Of a DNA stretch of 64,000 nucleotides, positions 36,407 to 49,219 are shown piece after piece; the stretch's first letter is position 1; every line of letters starts with the position of its first letter. The translations under genes and the position numbers were made by a program. Below the pieces are notes generated by a model. The model was not told the origin of the DNA and did no database searches. It was given only the letters and a program-made list of their open reading frames with translations. Source of the DNA: Guillardia theta CCMP2712 (lineage: Eukaryota; Protista; Cryptophyta); assembly GCF_000315625.1 (NCBI RefSeq), contig NW_005434544.1, positions 65,820-129,819 on the forward strand. The letters run 5' to 3'.

Positions 36407-39025
36407 TCAGATCCTGCTTGCGTTACATGAATGTTTCATCCTCCTGTTCTCCTCGGAGATCCTAATCGCCTCCACCGCCACCTGCAGTCTACCAGTCAAA
36501 CTCCTCCTCTCCCCCCTTCAGCCTGTCCCATCCACCAATCTCCCCCTCCTCCTCCTTGTTCTCCCTCTCCCTTCACCCTCCGCTCCTTTCTCTCACCAGG
36601 GAGGTCAAGTGCAGCTGGGTGGTAATGCCCACACACGCGCAGTTGAGCTCGCCGATGAAGTAGTAGTCCTTTCCGTCAACCCATGGAGGCCTGTGTGTGA
36701 GAAATGCCATCAGGCTCTGCCTCCTTCGACTCTCCCCCTCCTCACTTCTACCCTTCTGCCCTTTACTGCCTCTCTCTCTCTCTGGCTCCTCCTCCCCTCC
36801 CCTCCCCTCCCCTCCCCTCCCCACCCTCTTCTCCTCGCACCTTGGTCCTCCCAGAATGAAGTCAGCAGTCCAGAGGAGGGGAAGGGGATGGTTGTGCATG
36901 CCCAGGAGAGGCAACAGGTTCTTCAGATCCCTGCGAACCTCCCATCAGCTCAAGAGCCTCTCAAGAAGAAAAGAGGAGGAGGAGGAGAGGAGAAGAGAGG
37001 GAGTGAAAAGCACAAGAGGAACAGGGGCAGCGAGGAGGGAGTGAGGAGCGGCAGGCAGACAGCAGCATCGTCAACCTGTTGACGAAGGAGTGCATGAGCC
37101 TTGCAAACGTGGGATCGTCGGGCTGGCCAACAAGGTCAGACGAGGAGGAGGAGGAGCAGAGCAAGTCAGTCCAACCTCGTATCTAGTGTAGGTAGCTCCG
37201 CTCTTCAACGTGGCGGACACTCCTCCCTCCTTTGGTTTCTTGTGCAGAATCTCCACCGGCTTCGCTCCGATGAACAGGACACGGACCTGAGCAGAGAGGT
37301 CATGAGGGAGCTCGACGCGAGCTCTAGAGCGCGTCATCACCTCTCCCTCCGAGATTCGAGGCATGAAGGCTTGATCGATCAGCTGAGCTCCGTTCTCAAC
37401 GCCTCCCTCGAGATACCTGCGTAGAACTGTTTGAGCCCCAGATCTGAGGAGGTGGAGCAAGCAGAAGAAACAAGGAAACGGAGTAGGTAGGCGAATCCGG
37501 AGAGGAAAGGGAGGTTACAGGAGGAAATGGAGGAGAGGGTTCAGGAGAGTGAGAATTGAAAGTGAGGAAGCTGACACGATGTAGAGGGACAGTATGGGCC
37601 TTGCTCTACTTCACCTCTCAGCGAACGTGAGGAATTCTCCGAGCTGCATGTACTCGACATGGTTATCAACAGCCTGACAAACAGTTGAGATCGCTGCAGG
37701 ACCTTCCACCAACCTCCACGAGCATGAGAGGGGAAGGGCAGTACCTCTGTCAACTCGAGCTCAGTCCCGAGGTCCAGCGAATGGTTTTTCCTCCAGAGGC
37801 TCGGGTCCTTGAGCTTCACGATCCAGATCCCTTCTCCTTGCGATCCCCTGTTCTGCTTCACCACCCTAGGGCCCTGTGAGATGGTGGTCGGGAACTTCTC
37901 TCTCCATGTTTCCTGCCGTGTCGTCGTCAGGCAGGCAAGCCACAAGTCGGTCCCTCCTCCTCCTTACCCGATCGTAGTAAGCAAAAGTGTCGGGCAGTCC
38001 TGTGCGAAGAGGAGCGATCTTGGCGAGCGCGTCCTGGTGGGGCTCTCAGCCACCCGTCCGAAAAGAAAAGTCTCCTCTTCATCCTCCCCTCCGCTCTCCC
38101 TCTCCCTCTCCCTCTCCCTCTCCCTCTCCCTCTCCCTCTCCCTCTCCCTCTCCCTCTCCCTCTCCCTCTCCCTCCGCTGTCCCTTCCCCTCCCCCTCACC
38201 TTGGACCCGAACTTGCTGATCAGCTGAGGATGTGCCATGCCAGCGAGGCCATAGGTGTCCGCAAGAGTCCCGAGCAGGTTCTCGTACTTTGAGATGGTGA
38301 AGTCGTCGTACACATCCGGGTTCACTCGTGAGATGTACCCATCCACTCCTTGCGACGCATACTTGACAATGAGATCATATGCAGAGTCTGAGTAGAACAC
38401 AGGCATGGCCCACCAGCCCTTCATAACCATAGTCAGCGTCCAGCAGAGAGAAAGGGCAGCAACGCGAGATTGCTCCCTGTCGATTTCACTTACCAGCTCA
38501 ATCAGGCTGTTGCAGATGGGGATGGTATCTTTCCTGTGATCAAAACCAGGAGATTTGTCATCTCCTCCTCTCGCTCCAAACACGATGATCCTGTCCCGAC
38601 ATCATCAGTCAGTTGTAGTCGAGTTCGCTCAGCCTTGTAAACGATTTTCAGCAATGTGAACGAAACCATATGTTTCAACATGTTCATCCCCATTCAAGAA
38701 GCATCACACACGAGGATCCTTTCAACAATCATCAAACCATCTTCTACCCTCGCGCCCCACTCAACACTCAACACCGACGTCCAAGATCTCACCTTCCTTT
38801 CGGCTCGGCAGGCTGCATCCTCAGCCCATACGCTGTCAAGTTACCGAACAGAAGATCTCTCTCTTCTGCTGTACATCCTGAGATGCCATAGATCGCCTGG
38901 CAGTTGCCGTTCGGGTTCAACCCGAAACTGCCCCACAGGCTGTCACTGATCAACGAGGCAGTGATGTTGAGGGCCATGACGGCGCTGCACGTCCATGATG
39001 CGCAGTTGCTGGGCACGGACAACAT
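36407..39025 (-). CDS. Cj0069-family (DUF6815-like) ATP-grasp protein, multi-exon, with an N-terminal extension
   Basis: DK...HRKDTIPICNSL, GYISRVNP, FGSK|DALAKI...GLPDTFAYYD, RVVKQNRGSQGEGIWIV, LIDQAFMPRISEGE|VRVL, HKKPKEGGVSA, LPLLWTADFI and GELNCACVGI match recalled family motifs. Confidence 0.8.
38095..38172. repeat. (TCTCCC)n intronic microsatellite
   Basis: Read directly from the sequence. Confidence 0.95.
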
Positions 39026-39659
39026 GATGTGTTCTTGAAGGAGATCGAGAAGGAGAGGAACAGCCGAAAATCAAGTGAAATGTTCTCACAAGCTCAACCT
39101 CTGATGGCCGAGGAAGTCTAATATCTCATCTTGTGCATCGCGCCCGACAGTCCTAGACCAGCAGAAGCGTCAAATGAGAGAATGTTCCAACCACTCATTC
39201 GGACAAGAATGATCGTGACTTTGCACGCAACGTGATAAAACATCTACTTCAATATCTACTACCTTTCTGCTACAATGTCTGCTCGAAGGACTGGCGAGGA
39301 TGGACAATGCTATGGAATGTACCACCTCGTTTCGTTCATACCCTCCATGAGACCGATCATGAGGCATAGTCTACTCGTTATCTATCGTTCCATAAACTAG
39401 CTCCGTTGCTCAGACTCTCAGTCCGGCATCGTTACGATCCTGCCAGAATCCGCGCATACTTCTATGTCCCATCAACACGTGCAAGTATTCGACCTTCTCA
39501 GCTCCTCCCTGTTCTAATGGCTCTCTAGACATGATGAAAACTTGATCTTCAGCTGTCATTCACTATCGTTCATTTGTCTTTCCCGCCCTCCTCTTCATTT
39601 CTCTTCTCTCTTATCCATTTCTCCGTCTTCGCATACTTTCGGGCGGAGCTGCCATGGCT

Positions 39660-40800
39660 TTCCCCCAGTAATCACATATAATCCCACCCCAGCATCCACC
39701 ACCCCCACCCCTCTAAATTCTGGTATTTGAAAAGTACCCCTCTAATTAACATTACCCCACCCTCTCTCTTGCTGCATGGGACAGTTACTCATTGGTAGGG
39801 TAGTTGACCCCACCCATCGACTTATGCTTGAATTTCAACTAAATGTCTATGCAGCCAAGGAGTTCATGACCCCCACCCTGAAACAGCATGGATCTGTAAA
39901 CCTGCCGACTACCCACACTCGAGAAAGTACCCACCTTTTGAAGGACTGCCCTGCCTTACCACCCCCTTGTTAAGAACCCCCACCTATCCAGAAACGCTTT
40001 GCCCCGAAGGTTGCGGTCTGACGTCATGGCAATGGTGGGTAGATGACTTTAGTAAGGTGGGGTACTGGTAGGCATAATGGAAACTAGGCGGGTACTCTGA
40101 GAACCAAGACACAATTACACCGGGTGGTATACGGTCTGTTTGTCTGTGAGGGAGGGGTGTATATGATCACTGACGTAAGGGGGTGGTAGGGTAGTGGGTT
40201 GTTGGTCATGGAAATCTTTGAGGTGGGTGGTCGGAGCGTCTAGTGTGGGGTTCTCGATCGACGTACGGAGAATTCCATTGAAAGTTGGCGAATTCCGAGA
40301 TTTTGGGCAGAAATTTCAAATATTACTCGGTGTTTATCAGGAAAAATGGATATATTTCATACATAATTTCTATATTTCGTTGAAATTCCTCAAATCTCTG
40401 CGCCAACTATTACGAGTCTTTTCGCCGCTTGATTGCGTGTACGAGGCGCTGAGTACCCTACCTACTAATATACGGTCAAAACCACCCCTTCGGACTGTTA
40501 AGGGAAAAAAGACCGTCCGAATTTTCTGATGAACTTCGGAACCCCAGGATCGCGTTTCCCACCCCTACCCCCACATTCTTTCTCTCTGTACCCCTACCCC
40601 ACCATTAGTAATGAAAGTACCCCCATTGATCTGTGATTTTCCGATATATCACCCCTACCCCCTGTCCTCTATCCTATTGGCTTCCCCAGTTGTCGTGGAT
40701 CTCCTCAAGTTGTTTTGGACGTCAAGTACGATTCAAGTACCCGTCCTTTCCAGCTTCAAAGTACCCCTTCTGGGTGGGTACTCACAACTTGACGAAGTAA
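39660..40800. other. ACCCC/GGGGT intergenic block between divergent genes, with a central AT-rich foldback
   Basis: C-rich 39660-39990, G-rich 40030-40250, AT-rich 40270-40420 and C-rich 40455-40800. Confidence 0.65.
40283..40408. repeat. Imperfect inverted repeat (MITE-like foldback)
   Basis: The left arm agttggcg..gagattt..aatttcaa pairs with the right arm ttgaaatt..aaatctc..cgccaact. Confidence 0.55.
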
Positions 40801-40967
40801 ACCCTGCCGGGCCTCGGCCGGGCCCTGCCGGAATGCCCCGACCCACTCAGTTTCGGATACGTAACGGTTTGTAACCGAGTGACTCCTGCGCCGGAATGCA
40901 AAGGCGACTTTTGGGAGGGGAGGAGGAGGGAAGGAGGAAGGAGGCGTGGGGGGAGGAGCGACGAGCT

Positions 40968-42973
40968 ATGAGCCTCGTTCCTCTCCTCCTCCTCCTTCCC
41001 CTTGCCCTTATCCTGGTCATGGCTCCCCTGCATGCCGCATCCTGGGATGACACAAGCGTCTCCCTGTTGGAGGAGGACGTTGGTGAGTGCCCGATCGCCT
41101 TCAATCGAGGGCAGCTGGATGACGATTGTGTGCAGTGCCCTACTACTCAGGAGTCTTGGGACGAGGAGGATGGCAGGAGGTGAGACCAGAGGAAGGACTG
41201 CCTCTGCAATGTTGTCAGATAGCCTGCAAAGAGAGTTTGTGCAAAAAGCGAAGGGGGCAGACGGGGGTTTATATGAAGCAAGATCTGATGGAGCTTCTTT
41301 GCAGTGGACGGGGGCAAGAAGCCCTGTATGGAATGCTCCTGATGAACTCCCAGTAAGGCCACAGGTGATCTCGTCGAGGGTGTTTCATGCCTCCGGAAGT
41401 TGCTGACCCGACCATGGAGCAGGAGCCGGAGCCGGAGGACGAGGTCAGGAGCTACATTTCAAGGTGAAGCTGAAACCTCTGAGAGGTCTCCTCCTGCATC
41501 ATCTCACGGTTTGCTGGGACAGAGACTACGTCGCCCCCACCGGAGGAGCTGACATCACCCACGTTGGTGAAGGGACGGAACGCGTGAGGGCTGGTTTAGA
41601 GGTGGGACAAGCGTGCTGTGCTCTTTCTGTTTTTCATGCTGGAGACGCAGGGAGCATGGGGAGGAATCTCGTCCATCACTTCCCCGGTGGGTGGGGGGGT
41701 AGGAGGGAACGAGATGGGGGGGAGGGCTGGCTACGAGACTTGGACGCACGAGGTAAGGGAGGTGGCAACATCGAGCATGCTCTATCCTCTGATCCCTTCA
41801 TCCCCCCACTCCCCGTGGGCTGTCTCTGTCCTCTGAGATGATCTTCTCGTGTTAGGGTGGCGGACTTGCTGGCGCTGTCAGAGCAAGTTCGATCGCGATC
41901 AAGCCCGTTGCAGACCAGTATGTGAGTATAGTCCCCACCCCTTCCACCCTCCTCTCCCTCCCCTGCTCACACTTCCATCCTCTCCCTCCCTTCCTCCCCC
42001 TCCCCTCCTCCCTTTTCCTCCCCTTTGCCCTCTCCCTTTTCCTCTTCCCTGTTCCCTCCTCGACTTGTCTTTGGCTCCTCCTCACGGTTCGTGCTCGCAG
42101 GGCACCGACGGCTCGCTGGAGCAGGGGAACTTCCCCGGTGTGAACCCCAACGATCCCGACGGCACCAGCTGGATGATCGGGATGCACAGGGACGGTGAGA
42201 ACACCGTTGGACGATGGGCGATCGCTCCGAGGACGCGACTTGCGCGCAAGCAGCAGCTGCTGGAGACGGGAGCAGACGTTACTGATGTCGGTGAGACCAC
42301 GAGGGAGGACTACGTCCCTGGCGTGTACGGCCCGCTGAGCAGCGGGACGAGCTGGGTGATCGGCATGCACAGGAAGCCCATGTGGAGCGAGTCTCAGACG
42401 TACGCGTGCAGCACCACGACGCCATGCAAGAAGGGCAAGGCGGATAGGGCTCATTTCTTCCAGCAGGACACGAACCCTTACGTTGATAAGAGGAGGGTCT
42501 TCGACTCTTACGCCCAGCAGGACCCCGACAGCGTCAGGGGGAGGGACGCGTATCCTTGGGACCCAACGCTCGACCCGCAGATCTTCCGGTCCACTCCCAA
42601 CTGTGCGGATGGGAAGCTGCGGTACGGATGCTTCCGGCAGCTGAGCCTGTCCAAGGACGCGCCTCCCATCCCCGAGGAAGAGACTGTGAAGGACATGGAG
42701 CAGTTTGCTGCTGAGCAGGCGGCTAAGAAGGATCAGCCTCCTCTCGGGGATCGATCCAAGTGGCCCATGTGGAGCGACGAGTCCATGGCCAACTGGCCCG
42801 CGTGGGCGAAACCGCCAGGCAGTCCGGACGACGAGACCCCGTGGGACCAAGACCTGCTGAACGAGGACCTGCTGAGTGAGGACAGCAGCTCCAGCTCAGC
42901 TGGGGAGAGCAGTGGAGCAGGTCAGGACAGCAGCTCCAGCTCAGCTGGAGAGGGTAGTGGAGACTTGGAGTGA
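40968..42973 (+). CDS. Putative secreted protein with internal peptide repeats, unknown function
   Basis: Signal peptide MSLVPLLLLLPLALILVMAPLHA. Repeats are GTSW(M/V)IGMHR (twice) and GAD(I/V)TxVGExT (twice). The long last exon spans about 42101-42973. Confidence 0.65.
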
Positions 42974-43152
42974 TGGAGATGTTGGTGGGTGGCTGCTGGC
43001 TGGGCTTGTGGCTGGGCTTGTCTCCGTTGCGAGGAGGATGGGGAAGGAGCGAGGGCAGGTAGAGGCTCAAGTGTTCGATGGTATTGGTCTGAGAGGAGCA
43101 GCAGCGAGAGGATGGCGATCTTAACGGTTCACGTGCTTAGCTTTGAATACAT

Positions 43153-46100
43153 TTAGGTTGTAACAAGTCGTGGGTGACACCCGGCGAGTCGTCGGGCCGG
43201 GCCCGAAGCACCCACGTGATAATGTACAGTCGGGAAATGCCACGTCACGACTCGATACCGAGGGAAGCATTCTTGGACTGATACTGCAAGAGATCCTTCA
43301 GTTCTGTCAAGTCGGATCGGATCTAGTGGGACGTCAGTAACTGTCACGGCCCCACCACTCAACGCTCACCTCCTCTATCTCCTTGCGGATCAAATTCTTG
43401 GGGATTTCCTGGTCATGCCATGTCAGGCAGCTCGTAGAGGTGGGAGGGTTGAGATCAAGAAACTTGCGAGGAGTGAAGATACGGAGGTGAGGGGAGAGGG
43501 GGAAGAGAGGGGGGGAGAGAAGGGGGGGGGGGAGAAAGGGGGGGAGAGAGAGAGGGGGGGGAGAAAGGGGGAGAGAGAGGGGGAGAGAGAGAGGGAAGCA
43601 GTAAAGGGAGAAGAGACAGACGGAAACAGAGCAGGGGTGAGGAGGGAGAAGGAAGAGGGAGCAGAGGGGAGCAGAGGAAGGTACGAGAGAATATGACTAC
43701 CTTGTTCAGAAAATGGTCAATCTGATCCACGACGATCTTGTGCGTTTTTTTGTCTTCTGGCCTGCAAAAGCGGCAAGGAATCAATCGACACAGGAGGAGA
43801 GCAGGGAGAGGTACCCGTTCATGGCGAGCAGAGAAGTATCAACCTGAAGGCACAGGCAGCAAGGCATCAGGTCAGAGGAGGGGGAAGGAGGGCACGAGTG
43901 AACTCACGTGGGAGAGGTTGATTTCAGATGACGACCTCGATTCCAGCTGCAACCTCTGCCTCGCTCTTGTGACGACAGGAGGCTGTTTGTGCTGCAGCCA
44001 ACTGTTGAGTCACTATGACTAGCTCGGAGCAACGGACCTGCTCAGGCTGGTCGTGGTTGTCGTGCGGGCGGTCTGTGATTATGGGACCTAACGACAAGAT
44101 CAGAGCGTGCTATCATGTGCGGGAGACAGACTCGGGCAAACAGTCTCATCTGAAGTTGATCTGGACAGCGTGACGTCATCAATGGCTTGCTTCTTCATGG
44201 TGCTGTATCTTCGGATTGTGTTTCGCACCTGACAGGCCATCCCGTCATCACTGGATACATACCGTAACTCTTGGCTTTACCGCCTTCTCCGTCGTCCTCT
44301 CATGAACCAGCCGGCTGGTTCGTTCAAAGTTTGAGTTTGACAACAACTTGAATCTTCGGCTTACCAGAACTGCTCCTGAGCTTCAGGAAACTTGACCAAA
44401 CACTTTTCAAGGGACGACTGAGCTCGATGTAAGGTCCGGTGCAGTCCTAGTCACATGACGCACCTGGTCCAGAGCGAACAAGTTGCACCACGTCGTCGCT
44501 GTTATGGTCATGTTTCTGTGATCCTCCAGACCGAGCACGCAGTTCTCCCCAAAGTAACTCCCCTGCTGAGAGTCTGAGTATCCATCTCACACGCCCAGCA
44601 GCGCTCGGGCTGACCTCGTGCAGCTCGACGTATATCCCCTTCTCTTGGTCAACAGTGACCTCCACACTCCCTTTGATCAGAAAGAACATGCTCTCTCCGT
44701 ACTCTCCCTCCTGCGCGTTCAAGTCAGGGAGAAACTCCCAGCAGAGCTGTGGATCTGAGGGGCCCAGCAGGAGAGAGGCACTTACTTCGTAGAGGATGTC
44801 ACCCGGGCAGAGAGTCCGAGCTTTCAGGAAGAAGATAATCTCTGTTAAGAATTCCTGACCGCAGTTGCGAAAGAAAGGCACGCTGGTGATGAGGTCGTTG
44901 TACAGCAAGAGAGCGACTTCCGAGCGCAGGGCGCTCGACAAGTCTTCGACCGACTTGGGGATGTCCCGGGAATGGTTGAAGTCGTACTCGAAGAAGCTTC
45001 GCGTGCGGATCCTCAGGTCAAGGGGGAGGTTCTCCTGGTGCATGAAGTCGTCGAGCAACTCCATCTGCTCTCTGAAGGTCCTCCCCTTGAAGTCCATCTT
45101 CCCCAGGACAGACTCGATGCTGCCGACGATGACGGCAAACGTCGAGGCTCCGATCCCCATCATCAGGATGCAGTACATGATCTCCGGCGTCGTCCTCATC
45201 GTCACATCGCCATACCCGACAGTCGTCAGGGTGGTAAGCGTGAAGTACATGGATGCGAGGTACTGCACGGAGGAGCTGGCCTCCTGCATCCAGGACCCAT
45301 CGTGCTGCAGGCATTCGGTGATCATCGTTGCTGTCTGATTGGGCTGAATGTATCGCATCCTCGTCTTTGAGTCCGGTGTGACGTTGCCGTCGGCGTCGGT
45401 GATGGGTGGCGGGCAGGAGAGGACGTACATCTGATCTCCCGGCACGTAGATCTGAAACTCCGACGCCCAGTTGATGGAGAAGTCTTGCTCGAAGTCGACG
45501 ATCAAGAAAAGAAAGCAGGCCATGCAGTGACTGAGGACTATCACGAACAGAAGCAACTTCACGAGCCGAAGGTGCCCGGGGTTGATGGCAAACGCATCCC
45601 TCACCCTGGCGATCATCTTGTTCCAGTGCGTGAGGCGAGCGAGCCTGAGGAGTTTCACGAGCCGAGCAAGTCGAGCAAGTCGGTTCAGTCGAAGAGTTCT
45701 TATCATCGTCAGCCCGCACTGATCCGCCGAGATCGCATTCTCGATTAGGGTCACCGGAAGAGAGCCCATGACGTCGAGCCAGAACCAGAACTTGAGGTAG
45801 TTGAAAGAGATCACTTTCCAGTCCGTGACAAACTTGATACTTCCCAGGTCATCCGTCTTCGGATCAACGGTTGCGGTGCGGAAATTCAACAGGATGTCAA
45901 CCCAGAAGGAGACGTTGACAAGCCAGTTGATGACAAAACTTGCGTCCTGCTGCTGTCCCCCGTTGCAAGTCATCCTGGAGAAGGCGATGGAGAAAGGGAC
46001 CGTGAAGAGGGTGTAGAGCAAGAGAAGAATGATCCACATGTCCCAAATCAGCCGCGGCTGCGAGTAGGGGTGAAGTATGAACTTCACGTCGGGCAACCAG

Positions 46101-46498
46101 ATCTGCTGCCGCTCGTCTGACTTCTTGCTGTTCGTCCATGTGCTATCTACGTGCACGAACGAGACTCTCTTGTCGTCGATCCTCGTTGGAGGGGAGGATG
46201 GTGAGGGCGAGATCTCTAGATCCCCCTGGGAACAATCATGTCAGCGCCCGACGACAGCAACTCGAGGCTGTGACCTCAGGGAAAACTTTGTTCGTCGGGT
46301 GCGACATGTGATTCAACCTTGTCCCTTCAGATCCATCTGCAGTTCGCAATAATCACCATCTGAAATGATGGAGAACACTGACTGCAGGGTTTGCTAAGAT
46401 TTCTGTTCAGGTCAGAGAGAACTAGAGGAACTCATCTCACTTGAGCCTCGTCTGACCTCAACACCATCATAAATATATCTGACTATTTGCCGTTCCAT
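43153..46498 (-). CDS. Second six-TM cyclic-nucleotide-binding K+ channel (KCNH/HCN-like)
   Basis: S1 WDMWIILLLLY, long S4 RTLRLNRLARLARLVKLLRLAR, pore YFTLTTLTTVGYGD and CNBD EGEYGESMFFLIKGSV...SYFGENC...HRNMTI. The 3' exons and the end are approximate. Confidence 0.88.
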
Positions 46499-47177
46499 GA
46501 TGTGCAAAATCAACGCTCTCTGCCGCTCTGCCTCTCCCTCTCTTCCTCCCCACGACACTCTAAAGGCTCTGGGCCAGGAACAACAATGCACCAGGCTTTT
46601 AACAGGCAAAGAGAGGAGGCGCTGAGCTTAGGAGAGGACGGCATGAAGGTAATATGAAATCATTAGAAGGCTGGGCAATGTATGCATTCTTTCGCCCAGC
46701 AATATCCTAACTTTTTCGAAGCCAGCAGAAATCAGTTTACACCATCACCGGGAACAAACACCGCACCCTCATCCTGCATCACAACAAGAGCGACAGATCA
46801 CTGACAATGATCAGACTGAACCAAATCACACTCCAGAAGCATTGTCTTTCTCTCTTTCTCGCTGCTAGCTCGTCCATACCACCTGCGCCCCCCCTGCCGA
46901 CTTTTTCCGTTTCTCAACCCCTTCCCCAGCTCCACCATCATCGCCACGCACGTTCATCCTCTCTTAGCCTCTCCTACATCTCATCTCTCCTCGTGTTTCC
47001 CTTCCTCGTCATGATGATCTTTTTAGTTCCTCCTGCGGGCGCCGCATGTCAGCATGGCGGGCAGGGGGCGACTGTCCGTTTCTACCATTTCTATTTCCCG
47101 GAGAGGTTGAGTTAACTTGGGTGACCAGCAAAAAATATTTTCTAGTGTGGTACATTTGGTACAAATTGAAGATATAC

Positions 47178-47276
47178 AGATATTTCATATGGTACTGTAA
47201 TTGTATATATGCAAGTACAGCCGAAACATAATAGTACAAAATAGCGGTAGTAGCTTACATACTTGTTATGATATCA
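47178..47276 (+). repeat. AT-rich dispersed repeat, copy 1
   Basis: Shares agatatttcatatggtactg (20/20), caagtacagc, gaaacataat.gtacaaaa and tatgatatca with 49220-49312. Confidence 0.85.
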
Positions 47277-47329
47277 CACTCAAAGTACTAAGCAAAAATT
47301 ATTTCGTACAAACACTGTACGGTACAGTA

Positions 47330-48110
47330 CGGTCCCGGGCAACCCACCCCCGGGCCTTATAACTTAGACGCCGGGCCGCCGGGTCACTGAGCCTGTCCGA
47401 GGGCCCCGGGCCAGCCCGGGCGCCGCCTCCGACACTGAGTCCCGGAGTCCTGGCAGGTCAACTGGCAAGTTGCAGCCCGGCCCGCCGCAGAGCCAGCCGC
47501 CAGTGAGTTGCCAGAGCCTGGCACAGGGAGCGGTACGGGGTCAGCGGGCGGGCTCGCCGCAAGACGGTACCGTACCGTACGGCGGTCACCGCCGGTCACG
47601 CCCGCGGCCGGATTGGATGACGGCGGTCACCGTACCGGGTGCCTCGGACTGCCGCCGCTGGCGGGGCTTACCGGGCCGTGCGCCCGTGAGCACCGCCGCC
47701 GCGGCCCGACCGCGCGACCCGGCCGCCGCGCCGTCAAGGCCCGGGTACGGTGACCAGTCCGGCGACCGGCGGCGTACCGTACCGTACTATCATATGCCGT
47801 GACCGGCGTACCGTGACGGTACCGTGCCGTAGTCACGGTGACCCCGGCGGCGCCGGCGCCGCCCGGCGGCCGCGGGCCGCCTCAGTCGCGCCGCGGGGTC
47901 GGCCCGCCTGTGGGCGCGGCCCGGCCGATCGCCGAGCCTGGCCCAGTTCTAGAGTCCCGGCGGCGGCCGCAAGGCCGCAACCAGCCGGAGGCTGGTTTGA
48001 ACCGCACGGTTGAAGTGAGCGGCCTGGGGCCCCGCGGCGGCCGGCGGGGGCGCTCAGCAGTGCCCGGCCGGGCTGTGCCCGGCCCCCGGGGGTCGGAATG
48101 AGTCGCTGCT
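47330..48110. other. GC-rich palindromic-word island
   Basis: Very dense CCGG, CGTAC/GTACG and GTCAC words. Confidence 0.75.
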
Positions 48111-48392
48111 GAGTTTAGCAACCGCTTCCGCGGCAATGTCTTGCCACCGCTTGGCAAGGGCCACACTAATCAAGTCGACTTCGGATCCTTTTAAATGATA
48201 CCACATCCATCAACATGCTCGAGGCTCTCAACTTCGGGTCACCGTGAGGCTGCTCATGTGGCAGTTGTGACGCGAGTACCCTGGCACCGGCGCGGCAAGC
48301 CTTGAAGTTCGATTCCCGACTCGAGGTCCTCCTACGACGAGTTCTCTTCTCAGTGCTCGACCGCTCACTGTGACCCCATCAAAGCATCCTCA

Positions 48393-49151
48393 TCAAGCCT
48401 TCTCAGCGGGATAAGCAACTGGCAAATCCGTTGCAAGATCTGACATGTCCTGTTGACTTTCTTGCACTCGTTCTGCTGTCTGGAGCTGTCCTTGTATCGC
48501 AATCGAAGGTCCCCGATGTGTGGTAGGGATGCCTTCATCCCATTCCCCAGGATTGCAGCAGATCACACACACAATGATCGAGAAGGTCGTCTGGAAGATG
48601 ACCAGAACGACATTCAAGGCAACGATTGCCCACAGACTTCCAACGTATCTGCCGCAGAAATCGGAATCTTGTTTCTGCCAGATCTGATAACGAGATGAGT
48701 CGTCAGTACACAGCACACGAGCAACAGCAGCAGCAGCACAAGATAGAGTAGCCTCACCACAGAAGCTAGACGCGACTGCTGCTCCCGTGAGCGGAATGGC
48801 CACTCCAATGAGGGACGTGATGATACCTACGATAAGGAACGCAAGCAGCACTCCTGTGGCAGTCTTGTTCCGTTTCTTGGCAGCAAATACTCCCAAAAGA
48901 CAAAAGACTATGGGAACAGCCGCAGGGAGAGTACCCCACAAAGCAATGGACCTCAAGAAGGAGTTCACACTATCTCGAGTTGCTACACAGTTTGCGAAAT
49001 CATAACCATAAGTGCTGGTACCAGAAGGTTGGGAGCACGTGTCAGGAATCTTGTATGTGGCTGCAACAATCCCAGCGACGAGAAGAGCGAGACCAAGAAC
49101 GCCATTCACGACGCTCAGATGAAACACGGCAGGGAGAGATACCTTGCACAT
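48393..49151 (-). CDS. Four-TM membrane protein with tetraspanin/MS4A-like topology
   Basis: Four hydrophobic segments, a short basic inner loop (LGVFAAKKRNK) and Cys in the outer loops. A possible in-frame short intron lies at about 48685-48750. Confidence 0.6.
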   Translation of the reverse strand: MCKVSLPAVFHLSVVNGVLGLALLVAGIVAATYKIPDTCSQPSGTSTYGYDFANCVATRDSVNSFLRSIALWGTLPAAVPIVFCLLGVFAAKKRNKTATGVLLAFLIVGIITSLIGVAIPLTGAAVASSFCGEATLSCAAAAVARVLCTDDSSRYQIWQKQDSDFCGRYVGSLWAIVALNVVLVIFQTTFSIIVCVICCNPGEWDEGIPTTHRGPSIAIQGQLQTAERVQESQQDMSDLATDLPVAYPAEKA

Positions 49152-49219
49152 GGCGGAGAGGAGCGCTTGTTGCTGGGACCAGGAAGTTAACAGTTCTTTA
49201 TAAGTCTTTTTGTTAAAAT

